This document shows, piece by piece, positions 49,343-58,944 of a stretch of DNA of 64,000 bases (the first letter of the stretch is position 1; every line of letters begins with the position of its first letter). Source of the stretch: Promethearchaeota archaeon (lineage in GTDB: Archaea; Asgardarchaeota; Lokiarchaeia; Sigyniarchaeales; SOKP01); NCBI GenBank assembly GCA_048939995.1, contig JBHLOY010000002.1, forward strand, positions 160,001 to 224,000, read 5' to 3'. Position numbers and translations under genes: made by a program. A model generated the notes under the pieces. The model worked only from the letters and a program-made list of their open reading frames with translations. It was not told where the DNA came from and ran no database searches.

Positions 49343-50818
49343 ATGATTGATCGTAAAATTGTAATTGAATTAGAACATGTTGTAGGAGAGAAATATGTTT
49401 CTGATCAACCAGAGATCCAATTCCTCTATCATTATGACTTTATAACAGCAGAACCTGAAGGCAAGTGTGATATTGCAATAATGCCTAATAATGCTGAGGA
49501 AGTTCAAGAAATAGTTAGAATTGCTAATAATTACAAGATTCCCGTCGTGCCATGGGTTTCTGGAATAAATTTTGGCTCTATAGCTACTCCTAGAAAAGGT
49601 GGAATAGTTGTAGATATGCGAAGAATGAATCGAGTGCTTGAAGTCAATGAAGATGATATGTATCTTGTTGTGGAGGGGGGAATAACTTGGGCAGATTTAA
49701 AAGGTTATTTAGATAAACACCTACCGAACTTTCGGGCAGGCATTACATTTTCTCCACCAGCTACAGGAGTCATTCCATCTTGTTTGTGTTATGGGATGTT
49801 TGATTTAGGAATGATTGGGGGAACCGGTGCAGAATTTATTAATGGCTTAGAAGTAGTTTTAGGGACGGGAGAGTTAATTAGAGTTGGTTCATGTAGCCTT
49901 ACTAATTATTGGTATGGTAGACAACCATTACCAGATCTTGCGGGTCTATTTATTGGCTGGGAAGGCACAACTGGTATTGTTACAAAAGCCTCAATAAAAA
50001 TATGGCCTAAATTACCTTACCGGACAGACTATGCAGTTATTGCACAAACTGTAGACATTGGTGCTCAGATGATGCTTAAACTTTCAAAAGCAGGTTTAGG
50101 AATTGTAGATCTATGTGCCTTGAATTTAGGTTGGAGCCAAGCTATGATGGGGTTTGATGAAAAACAAGTTGCGATTGATCCTGTTAAATTAGGGTTACCA
50201 GACTTCCTTGGATTAATTACAACGCAAGCATATACTAAAAATCAGCATGAGGCTCAATGCGAAGCAATTAATGGCATTTGTAAAGAATTTGGGGTAGATC
50301 CTCTGAAAATTGAGGAACAGATCAATAATTTTCCCGTAAATATGTTAGGTACTTTCATAGATTTGACACCCTCAACTGGAGGTGGCACCCCCATCCAATT
50401 ATGGGGATGTTGGAATTTTGCACGAGGTGGTGGTGGGGAATGGATTGGATCTTATTGTTCCACAAGGGATATTGTAAAATATTATCATTTATCAAGAGAA
50501 AAGTGCCTTAAATATGAGAAACCTCCACAATTCTATATGCGAATTTTATTTGGAGGTCATTATTGTGTTGCTCGTACTAATGTGTGTTTTAGTAAGGATG
50601 ATCCTGAAGATATAAAAAAAGCTCGAAATCTTTTGATGGAGATCCATGAAGCAGTAGAACAATTAGATGGTGTTGTGATGTATAAGCCACCTTTATGGGT
50701 AGTAGACATTTATAAAAAGAAAACACTTCCAGCTACCGCCAAACTGATAAAACGAATAAAAAAAATGTTAGATCCCAATGGGATAATGAATCCAGGACAA
50801 GGAATAGAGGGTGAATAA
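49343..50818 (+). CDS. FAD-binding oxidoreductase (VAO/GlcD-type FAD-linked oxidase family)
   Basis: Probable ATG at 49343; P...EEVQEIVRIAN, GGIVVDMRRMNRVLEVN, GLEVVLGTGE, GWEGTTGIVTK, LDPNGIMNPG. Confidence 0.88.
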   Translation: MIDRKIVIELEHVVGEKYVSDQPEIQFLYHYDFITAEPEGKCDIAIMPNNAEEVQEIVRIANNYKIPVVPWVSGINFGSIATPRKGGIVVDMRRMNRVLEVNEDDMYLVVEGGITWADLKGYLDKHLPNFRAGITFSPPATGVIPSCLCYGMFDLGMIGGTGAEFINGLEVVLGTGELIRVGSCSLTNYWYGRQPLPDLAGLFIGWEGTTGIVTKASIKIWPKLPYRTDYAVIAQTVDIGAQMMLKLSKAGLGIVDLCALNLGWSQAMMGFDEKQVAIDPVKLGLPDFLGLITTQAYTKNQHEAQCEAINGICKEFGVDPLKIEEQINNFPVNMLGTFIDLTPSTGGGTPIQLWGCWNFARGGGGEWIGSYCSTRDIVKYYHLSREKCLKYEKPPQFYMRILFGGHYCVARTNVCFSKDDPEDIKKARNLLMEIHEAVEQLDGVVMYKPPLWVVDIYKKKTLPATAKLIKRIKKMLDPNGIMNPGQGIEGE

Positions 50819-52064
50819 GATGTATGAAAGAAAAAATCTTGAATTTCTTAAAGGGAAAGGAATCACTAAGATAACTACTGTTCCTAATCTAAAAAAACTT
50901 AAAAATTATCAGAATTTAGATTATTATCGAGATATTCTTTATCAATGTGGGAAATGCGGAACTTGTAGAACAACTTACCAACAAGAATACTGGGCTCGTG
51001 TATGTCCCTCTGGAGAATTTGGAAAATTCGAAGCATATTATCTTGGTGGAAAAAATTTGCTTGCTTGGGGACTTAATACTGGTAGATTAACATGGACAGA
51101 GAATCTTGCAAGAATTTTCTATCAATGTTCAGTTTGTCAAGCATGTATACAGCAGTGTCAGATACCAGAAATCCATCATTATGCTGGAGAATGGTTAATG
51201 GCGATGAGAGAAGAGGCAGTGAATCAGGGAGTAGGTCCCATGCCTGAACATAAGTCTTATACTGATCATATTTTAAAGGAATATAATCCTTATATGGAAA
51301 ATCATCAAGATAGAATGCAATGGGTTCCTTCACATATAAAGCAATCAACTGAGTCAAGCACGGCATATTTTGTAGGTTGTACTTCAAGCTATCGCGAACA
51401 ATCAATAGCGATATCTACAGCAGAAATATTGAATATTGTGAATATTCCCTTCAAAATCTTAAAAGAAGAACATTGCTGTGGCTCTCCAGTATACATGATA
51501 GGTCAAACTGATATTGCAATGCAGAACGCGGAAAGAAATGTAAAAATATTTAAGGAGGAAGGAATTCAGAGAATAGTGACTTCGTGCGCTGGCTGTTATA
51601 GAATGTTAAAGGAGATATATCCTAAAAAATTTGGATTGGAACATAATTTTGAAATAACTCATTTACCAGAATTATTAATAGAAAGCATTAACAATGGAAA
51701 TTTAAAGTTTGAAAAAATGTTGCCAATGAAAGTAACTTATCATGATCCATGCCATTTAGGTCGTCATATGGGCATTTATGAAACACCGCGGCAGTTATTA
51801 GAAAAGATTCCAGGAACGAAACTTAAAGAAATGGTGAGAAATAGACATAATGCTTGGTGTTGTGGTTCTGGGGGTGGAGTTAGGTCCGCTTTTAAAGATT
51901 TATCTGAATTTGCAGCGCACGAACGAATTGAAGAAGCAATTGAAACAGAAGCAGAAGCTATAGTCTCATCTTGTCCGTTCTGTGTTAATCAATTTAAATT
52001 TAATAGTGATGGGAATAAAATTGCTGTTTATGATATTGCTGAGATAGTTAGAAAAGCTTTATAA
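50811..52064 (+). CDS. (Fe-S)-binding CCG-domain protein (GlcF/HdrD-like), partner of the upstream FAD oxidoreductase
   Basis: CGKCGTC..VCP, CSVCQACIQQC, YFVGC, EHCCG, TSCAGC, YHDPCHLGR, WCCGSGGG, SSCPFC; overlaps the upstream stop. Confidence 0.88.
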   Translation: MNKMYERKNLEFLKGKGITKITTVPNLKKLKNYQNLDYYRDILYQCGKCGTCRTTYQQEYWARVCPSGEFGKFEAYYLGGKNLLAWGLNTGRLTWTENLARIFYQCSVCQACIQQCQIPEIHHYAGEWLMAMREEAVNQGVGPMPEHKSYTDHILKEYNPYMENHQDRMQWVPSHIKQSTESSTAYFVGCTSSYREQSIAISTAEILNIVNIPFKILKEEHCCGSPVYMIGQTDIAMQNAERNVKIFKEEGIQRIVTSCAGCYRMLKEIYPKKFGLEHNFEITHLPELLIESINNGNLKFEKMLPMKVTYHDPCHLGRHMGIYETPRQLLEKIPGTKLKEMVRNRHNAWCCGSGGGVRSAFKDLSEFAAHERIEEAIETEAEAIVSSCPFCVNQFKFNSDGNKIAVYDIAEIVRKAL

Positions 52065-52081
52065 TCTTTTTTTTATTTATT

Positions 52082-53344
52082 TTAGGGAAATAATCCTCTT
52101 AATTCATGAGATCTCGCCATATTTGAGATAGCTATCATATATGCTGCATTACGAAGTGAAGTATTTCTTTGTTTTGCTAAATTCCATACTTTCTCAAAAG
52201 CTTCTATCAAGAGAGTTTTCATCTCCCGATTTACTCTTTCTAAATTCCAAAAATATGCATGCATGCTCTGAATATATTCAAAATATGAAACTATCATAGA
52301 GCCACTATTAGCTAAGATGTCTGGGATAACTAATATACCCTTTTTATTTAGAACTTTATCAGCCTTGGAGGTTACTGGACCATCAGCTCCTTCAAGAATT
52401 ATCTTACAATTAATATCATTTACATTTTTGCTTGTAATTTGATTTTCAATTGCAGCTGGTATTAAAATATCGCATTCTATTTTAAAGATATCCATAAGAC
52501 CGATCTGATTAATTCCTGACTCCTTAAATGTTTTAAGCTGATTTCCATTTTGTTTCCATGTTATGATATCATATAAGTTTTTACCTAACCCCTTTTCAGA
52601 ATATAGTCCTCCTGTACTATCTGAGACTGCTAATATTCGGCATCCTTTTTCATAAAGAATTTGAGCTATTACACTCCCTACTTTACCAAAACCTTGAATA
52701 ACAATATTCAACTTATTTAAATCGTACTTAAGCTTTTCAGATAAAGATTGTAATATATAGTACATACCCGTTCCAGCTGCTTCATTACTCCCAACAGTTC
52801 CACCTATTTCGATTGGTTTCCCTACAGCCACACTCGGGACTGACCTTCCTTTTTGCATTGAATACACATCCATCATCCAAGCCATGGTTTCTTCATTTGT
52901 ATTTACATCAGGAGCAAGTATATCTATATCATGACCTATCATGTTTATTATTTCAGCAGTATATCTACGAGTAAGTTTTTCTAGTTCAGTCCTAGATAAC
53001 TTCTTATAAGCTACACGCACGCCTCCTTTAGATCCTCCTAACGGTATTCCTAATAATGCATTTCTGAATGTCATTAGAAACGCTAAAGCCTTTACATCAT
53101 CAAGCGTTAAATCAGCCAGATATCTCACCCCTCCTATCGCTGGACCACGGAGAGTTGAATGATGAACACGAAAACCTTCGAAAATTTTAAGAGAACCATC
53201 ATCCATTATAATAGGAATCGATACTATCAACGAACGTTCTACACGTTTAAGATATTCTATGGTATTAGGACTTAACTTAATCAAATTTGCAGCAATATTT
53301 AATTGCTTTTTTCTAGTTTCATAAGGATTTGGTCTTGGAAGCAT
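52082..53344 (-). CDS. Glu/Leu/Phe/Val dehydrogenase family protein (GDH scaffold, altered substrate residues)
   Basis: FEGFRVHH, GPAIGGVRY, GGSKGG, APDVNT, QGFGKVG, PAAIEN, PDILAN..VSYFE. Confidence 0.9.
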   Translation of the reverse strand: MLPRPNPYETRKKQLNIAANLIKLSPNTIEYLKRVERSLIVSIPIIMDDGSLKIFEGFRVHHSTLRGPAIGGVRYLADLTLDDVKALAFLMTFRNALLGIPLGGSKGGVRVAYKKLSRTELEKLTRRYTAEIINMIGHDIDILAPDVNTNEETMAWMMDVYSMQKGRSVPSVAVGKPIEIGGTVGSNEAAGTGMYYILQSLSEKLKYDLNKLNIVIQGFGKVGSVIAQILYEKGCRILAVSDSTGGLYSEKGLGKNLYDIITWKQNGNQLKTFKESGINQIGLMDIFKIECDILIPAAIENQITSKNVNDINCKIILEGADGPVTSKADKVLNKKGILVIPDILANSGSMIVSYFEYIQSMHAYFWNLERVNREMKTLLIEAFEKVWNLAKQRNTSLRNAAYMIAISNMARSHELRGLFP

Positions 53345-53354
53345 ACTTTTCCAC

Positions 53355-54389
53355 CTATAAATTAATAAGACTATATTCTACAAACTTAAGAGGCTCTATA
53401 GCACATCCACTTGAATCTAATCCTCCTAATTCACTTAATAATTTTTCATCGAGGGGATTATCATTGAGCCATAAATCCTTTAATTTTAATAATGACTCTA
53501 AACCTTTAATTCTAGTAATTTTATTATTACCTAAGTCCAATGTCTCAAGTTCTTGAAGTGTTTCTAACCCTTTTATATTAGATATATTATTTCCGGAAAG
53601 AAATAATTTGTTTAATTTAGGCAATGAATACAAACCCCCTATTTGATTAATACTATTCTCTTTTAAATTTAATACTTGTAGGTTTGTACAATTCTCTAAT
53701 CCTTTTATTTCTTTAATCTTATTTGACGTAATCCAAAATGTTTCTAATTCTGGTAAAGAGGCTAATCCTTTCAATTCTTGGATTTCATTTTCATTTAGAT
53801 ACAATTCTTTTAATTCAACTAGGTTCTCTAATCCTTCTATATTTGTGATTTTGTTTCCTGCAAGGTTTAATACTTTTAGCTTCTTTAGAGATTCCAGACC
53901 TTCTAATTTTTTGATTTGATTTCCCGCAATCCAGAGCACCTCCAGATTACGCAAAGAATCAAGTCCTTTTAACTTATTAATTGAATTCCACGATAAATCT
54001 AACTTCTGCAGAGAATTTAATTTATCTAGTCCTTTTATGTCCTTAATTTGATTTCCTCTAAGATACAGTTCCTTCAAATTAGTAAGGTTTTCTAATCCTT
54101 TTATTTCTTTAATCTGATTTGAAGCTAAATGCAGAATTTCTAATTGTTCTAATTTTTGTAACCCAGAAATTTCAAAAATACTATTACTTCCAAGGTTTAA
54201 AGTAGTTAGGGAAGTTAAATGGTCTATATTTTTAATCTCTTTCAAATCATTTGAGCTTAGTTCTAAGTGTTTTATATCTATACTTTCTAGTCCCTTAATT
54301 TCAGAGATATTTGTTATACCTAATAAACCTAAGTCAAGAAAATCGTCTTTAATTTCATATTTCTCGCCTTCGATTTCTACATAATTCAT
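53355..54389 (-). CDS. leucine-rich repeat protein (SDS22-like 22-aa repeats)
   Basis: About 12 repeats of LxxLxxLxLxxNxIxxIxGLxx. Confidence 0.92.
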   Translation of the reverse strand: MNYVEIEGEKYEIKDDFLDLGLLGITNISEIKGLESIDIKHLELSSNDLKEIKNIDHLTSLTTLNLGSNSIFEISGLQKLEQLEILHLASNQIKEIKGLENLTNLKELYLRGNQIKDIKGLDKLNSLQKLDLSWNSINKLKGLDSLRNLEVLWIAGNQIKKLEGLESLKKLKVLNLAGNKITNIEGLENLVELKELYLNENEIQELKGLASLPELETFWITSNKIKEIKGLENCTNLQVLNLKENSINQIGGLYSLPKLNKLFLSGNNISNIKGLETLQELETLDLGNNKITRIKGLESLLKLKDLWLNDNPLDEKLLSELGGLDSSGCAIEPLKFVEYSLINL

Positions 54390-54485
54390 AAAATTCCCAC
54401 AATATGAAGTTAAATTTTAATAAAAATAGAAGCTCTGAAAAATATATTAATTCAGATAAAATTTATAATTTTTTCTTTCCAAAAC

Positions 54486-55469
54486 TTAATTTGATTTTAT
54501 ATTATAATTAGAAAAGTAATATTCAATATCATCTTCCATATTCAATACTTCAGAGATTACCTCAGAAAACTCCTCTTGTGAAATTTTATTCACATCAATA
54601 AATTTCTTTGCTATATCATAATATTTTTTCTGAATTTCTGGGTTTGAAAAGTTTTTTAATTTTGAGCTGAAAGAATATAAATTAGAGTAAACTTCCTTAT
54701 ATTGACCATAAATTATAGATCTACCAGATAAGGTATCCAAAGTCGATTGCAATGACTCTTTTGCTTGAGCTAAATAATATGTTAAACGAAGTTTATTATC
54801 ATAAATTTCATCCTTTAATAATTTTGCATTTTTTTGATATTCAACTAGAGCTTGATCATCTTCCAGATCCTCACAGAACTTAATGATCTCTTGACAAATA
54901 GTTAACTTTTTTATGATATTATTTTCAAATTCAAATTCTTTTATCGCATTTTCTCTTTTTTTCTTTATTTCTTCTATTTCTTCTCGTAACTTTTCTGATA
55001 ATTTTCCTTTCTGCGTCCAAATAGATTTTAAAATATCCCCCTGTTTTTCAATTAATAACATAGGATCGATAATTTTTTTATAAGAGAGTATTAGATTATT
55101 GATCTCCTCATCAAAATTTTCATAAAGTGTTCGATCTATACTATCTTTTTGAAATAAAGTTTTATAGTTCAATATTATTTTAATTAGACCAGAAAATAAT
55201 TTTTCCACAATTTTGTAATCTTCTTTATCAGCAATAATAATAATATCAATCAAATATTCTGGTATCGTCGTTGCGTAAGCATTAATTTCTCCTAAACCTA
55301 TAGTTTTTATGTCTTGAGATTGTTCTGGTATTACACTTGATATAAAAGTTTTTAAGGCGATATAAAAAGAACCAAATAATTCCATTGGTCTATTGCTTTT
55401 AGTTTGAAAATCTTTTTCATATAAAAGAGCCCCAGATTTAGATTGATAAAGAAATAGAAAATAAAGCAT
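54486..55469 (-). CDS. hypothetical protein with N-terminal longin-like domain and helical C-terminus
   Basis: MLYFLFLYQSKSGALLYEKDF..LFGSFYIALKTFI..IKTIGLG..IIIIAD follows the longin beta-beta-alpha-beta-beta-beta-alpha pattern (inference). Confidence 0.6.
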   Translation of the reverse strand: MLYFLFLYQSKSGALLYEKDFQTKSNRPMELFGSFYIALKTFISSVIPEQSQDIKTIGLGEINAYATTIPEYLIDIIIIADKEDYKIVEKLFSGLIKIILNYKTLFQKDSIDRTLYENFDEEINNLILSYKKIIDPMLLIEKQGDILKSIWTQKGKLSEKLREEIEEIKKKRENAIKEFEFENNIIKKLTICQEIIKFCEDLEDDQALVEYQKNAKLLKDEIYDNKLRLTYYLAQAKESLQSTLDTLSGRSIIYGQYKEVYSNLYSFSSKLKNFSNPEIQKKYYDIAKKFIDVNKISQEEFSEVISEVLNMEDDIEYYFSNYNIKSN

Positions 55470-55636
55470 TATAGTCTCCAGTTTACAATATTAAATTCAT
55501 TAAAACTTAATTCACAAATATTCATATATCTATTGTTTTATTAAATTATAAATAAATTGCCCTAAATGTATTCTATTTTTATTATATAATTTTAAATTTT
55601 AAAACATCCAGAAAATTCTCTTTATATGATATTATA

Positions 55637-55747
55637 ATGCTAATTTGTCAAACTTGTGGTACAATAATTTTTGGAAGGAAGGAAGGACATTATTACTGTA
55701 ATAATTGTGAAAAAATTACATATCACTTATCGTTTAGGTTTAAGTGA
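55637..55747 (+). CDS. 36-aa zinc-ribbon microprotein (CxxC-x13-CxxC), not in ORF track
   Basis: MLICQTCGTIIFGRKEGHYYCNNCEKITYHLSFRFK* (TGA then TAA); same motif spacing as the ORF at 55954. Confidence 0.68.
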   Translation: MLICQTCGTIIFGRKEGHYYCNNCEKITYHLSFRFK

Positions 55748-55953
55748 TAATCTATCAGATGATCTAATAAAGATATTAAGTCAGAATGAAATTTATACTA
55801 AAACTTTAGGTATAAGTGGACAACCCTGTGAGGGTGACTTTTCTCATTTATTTATCATTTTATTATTTTAATTATTAAGAATAAATTCTTGACACAAACA
55901 ATCTATTTGTTATAAATAGAATCTTTTTAATTTCTATTCAATCAGGATTTAAT

Positions 55954-56106
55954 ATGAAAGTAGTAGCCTGTAAGGAATGCGGATTTTCAATTGAAAATAA
56001 AGAACCTGGGCTTTATTATTGTGAAAATTGCTCAAAAAAAAAGAAATTTTTTAAAGTTCAAGCTTTTTGTGGATCTAAACCAGATAATGAACTTTATCAC
56101 CATTAA
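55954..56106 (+). CDS. 50-aa zinc-ribbon microprotein (CxxC-x13-CxxC), not in ORF track
   Basis: MKVVACKECGFSIENKEPGLYYCENCSKKKKFFKVQAFCGSKPDNELYHH*; AGGA a few nt upstream of the ATG. Confidence 0.72.
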   Translation: MKVVACKECGFSIENKEPGLYYCENCSKKKKFFKVQAFCGSKPDNELYHH

Positions 56107-56274
56107 ATTTAATCAAAGCCTTGAAGTCCCAATTATTATATACTGGGAGTTCTCGGTATATGATTTCTAAACTTATTAGTCATAAACTATCATTTAAACA
56201 TTTCCCTCAAGGAAAGTGAGAAATTTAGATTTTGAAAAATAGTTAAATTTTAAAAAAACTTCTTTTCTCATAGT

Positions 56275-56982
56275 ATGACAGACTCTTTATACATGGATGA
56301 CTCATATCTAAAAAGTTGGGATGCTATTGTGACCAGTGTGAAAGATCATAAATATGTAGTGCTTGATAAAACTGCATTTTATCCAAAGGGAGGAGGTCAA
56401 CCTCATGATGAAGGATATATAATAAAAAATGGGGATAGATATAGGGTTATATATGTAGGTAAATTTTCTGGAGAAATCAGCCATGAAGTTGACAAACCAG
56501 GATTAAAAGCTGGAGATGAGGTACACTGTGAACTGGATTGGGAAAGAAGATATATTTTCATGCGATATCATACAGCTTCGCATTTAATCTCTAATATTCT
56601 TTATAATAGAGCTAATGCGAAAATTACTGGTAATCAAATTGAACTGGATAAAACTCGGATGGACTTCTCAATGGAAAATTATTCACCTGAGAAATTGCGA
56701 GATTTTGTTGATGAAGCTAACAAAATTATTAAGCAAGATTTGCCAATTACAATTGATTATATGTCACAAAAAGAGGTTTTAAGTAAACCTGAGCTTGCAC
56801 GATTAGCTATGGGGCTGCCTGAAAAAATTGAAGAATATCGAATCGTAAGGATTGGAAATATAGATGAACAAGTTGATGGAGGAACACATATTAGAAGTTT
56901 GGCTGAAATTGGTCAAATAGAAGTCATTAGAACCGTAAATAAAGGAAAAGATAATAGAAGAATTTACTTTATCCTTAAATAA
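56275..56982 (+). CDS. alaXM: alanyl-tRNA editing protein AlaX-M
   Basis: LDKTAFYPKGGGQPHD, RYHTASH (HxxxH), DGGTH, NKGKDNRR. Confidence 0.9.
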   Translation: MTDSLYMDDSYLKSWDAIVTSVKDHKYVVLDKTAFYPKGGGQPHDEGYIIKNGDRYRVIYVGKFSGEISHEVDKPGLKAGDEVHCELDWERRYIFMRYHTASHLISNILYNRANAKITGNQIELDKTRMDFSMENYSPEKLRDFVDEANKIIKQDLPITIDYMSQKEVLSKPELARLAMGLPEKIEEYRIVRIGNIDEQVDGGTHIRSLAEIGQIEVIRTVNKGKDNRRIYFILK

Positions 56983-57156
56983 TTGACTAAGAATCTTATT
57001 TTAATCTGTAAGTTAGAGATTGATCAATTTTATAATACTTTAAAGAGATTTTTATTTTAATTCGTAATTTAGTTATCTTAGATGATCAAAAAACTTAATT
57101 ATGAATTAATCTGATTATTTTTTATCCAATAACATATCTTTTACTTTATAGTTAAA

Positions 57157-58944
57157 ATGGGTGTAAACCAGGACGAACCAAAGAAAAAAACTCCTAAAAA
57201 AGTAATTATATCATTAAGAAAACATCCAGTTATAGTGTATGGAATAATCGGTGTTCTGGCTGTAGCTGGTGTAGTTGGTGGCATCTATCTTTTTACTACT
57301 CCCAATGATTATCCTGACTTGATTATTGGTACAAATTATGGGATTATAGTATCTCTTGATCCCTTTGATAATAATACTCCAATGAATCATGATATTACAA
57401 GTCAAATTGCTGAAGGTTTATTTGATTATGCGACAGCAAGCGACAATTCTCAGCTTATTCATAATTTAGCTATAAGTCATACTTGGAGTAATGATTATTT
57501 AAACCTTACTTGTAATCTTAGGCAAGGCGTCAAATTCCATGACGGAACTGCTTTAAATGCTGCATCAGTTAAATGGAATTTTGATCGAATATGTAATCTT
57601 ATGGATCTTAATATGAGCACAAGTTTTGCTAATGATTTTTGGTTATTTCCAAAAGAAAAAAGACTGGAAAATGATGGAAAAAGAATTCTCAATGAAACGC
57701 AAATTATAAATGATTATACCATTCGTTTCATACTAAACAGTCCTTATACTCCATTTCTTGATTTATTAGCTTCTATATATGCATATATATATTCTCCAAC
57801 ATCTACTCCTTATGATGATTTTATTCCCTTGAGTGGACCAATAATTGGAACTGGTTCTTTCATTTATGAAGGTTATATAGAGAATGAAAAAATTATCTTA
57901 TCCTCAAATCCTTTCTATTGGAGAGGGCAACCTAAGATAAATAAATTAATTTTTCTAATCCTTAATAAGACCGCTCGCTATGAAGCTTTATTATCAAGGG
58001 ACATTTCAATGCTTTGTGGTTATAATCATCGATATGATGCAACATCTGATTCTATTTATTATGATGATTCCATTGATGTAGATTCATTTTTTAATCACCC
58101 TTCTGTTATAGTTCAAGAAGGACCACCTCTTTTCCAATTTACATATCTAATCATGAACAATGAATTGATCAATGTAACAATGAGAAAAGCAATTTCTTAT
58201 GCTCTTAATTATTCGTTAATAATCGATGAATTAATCAATGGACATGGAATAAGGGCGAAATCTCCAATCCCAGAGGGGATGCAATACTCAAACTTAACGG
58301 ATATTAACTATCCACACCATAATGTCTCCAAAGCAAGGCGTGTTTTGAAAGATGCAGGATGGCCTGGAACTTTTTCTTTATCTGCTAATAATAATGTTTC
58401 AGTTGGAAATGAGTGGGAAAATTTGGTTACAAATAATACTCCTCTAGAAACATATAATTTTACCTACACAGCTTCAGAAGGTTCCTTTTTATCACAGATT
58501 TTTTTTCCCTTACTAGCAGATGACCTTAAACAAATAGGAATTAAATTAGAACCAGCTATAATTACACGGGCTGAATGGCATGCAATCGTTCATGAAATAG
58601 GTGGTTATCATTTAAACATGATCAATTTTGCTTTATTAGATACTAACGGACCAAAATTCAATGATCCATCCACTATTATACAAGATTTATATTTAAGTGG
58701 AGGTTTTGACAATCTTGGTCAAGTTAACGACACTTTGGTCGAATCATGGATGGAACAGGTGTTAGGAGAACCTGATGAAAAATTAAGATCACAAATCTAT
58801 TATAATATTCAAAAACATCTAGTTGAAGAAGTTTTTCCATCTTGCTGTCTTTATCGGAAAAATTATTTAAGTATTTTCAGATCTAACCTAAGAGGATGGC
58901 AAGTCCACCAGTTTAAGTCAAATTATAAGGACATTTTTTTTTAA
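57157..58944 (+). CDS. membrane-anchored family-5 (Opp/Dpp-type) ABC solute-binding protein
   Basis: N-terminal TM; QIAEGLF, LRQGVKFHDGT, IGTGSF, NPFYW, MRKAISYA, QIGI, IQKHLVEE. Confidence 0.88.
   Translation: MGVNQDEPKKKTPKKVIISLRKHPVIVYGIIGVLAVAGVVGGIYLFTTPNDYPDLIIGTNYGIIVSLDPFDNNTPMNHDITSQIAEGLFDYATASDNSQLIHNLAISHTWSNDYLNLTCNLRQGVKFHDGTALNAASVKWNFDRICNLMDLNMSTSFANDFWLFPKEKRLENDGKRILNETQIINDYTIRFILNSPYTPFLDLLASIYAYIYSPTSTPYDDFIPLSGPIIGTGSFIYEGYIENEKIILSSNPFYWRGQPKINKLIFLILNKTARYEALLSRDISMLCGYNHRYDATSDSIYYDDSIDVDSFFNHPSVIVQEGPPLFQFTYLIMNNELINVTMRKAISYALNYSLIIDELINGHGIRAKSPIPEGMQYSNLTDINYPHHNVSKARRVLKDAGWPGTFSLSANNNVSVGNEWENLVTNNTPLETYNFTYTASEGSFLSQIFFPLLADDLKQIGIKLEPAIITRAEWHAIVHEIGGYHLNMINFALLDTNGPKFNDPSTIIQDLYLSGGFDNLGQVNDTLVESWMEQVLGEPDEKLRSQIYYNIQKHLVEEVFPSCCLYRKNYLSIFRSNLRGWQVHQFKSNYKDIFF

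Noticed and set aside
46242-52064. Selenocysteine recoding in the Fe-S and hydrogenase-like genes
   Set aside because: The ORFs are uninterrupted with Cys at motif positions and no in-frame TGA needs read-through; the hairpin at 61644-61691 follows a non-redox gene and looks like a terminator.
55671-55871. 66-aa ORF from the track
   Set aside because: Overlaps, in another frame, the better-supported zinc-ribbon ORF 55637-55747; TTG start and no motif.
56275-56982. AlaX editing motif DGGTH instead of CGGTH as a novelty
   Set aside because: To my knowledge Asp-for-Cys variants already occur among archaeal AlaX-M proteins, so it is not treated as new.
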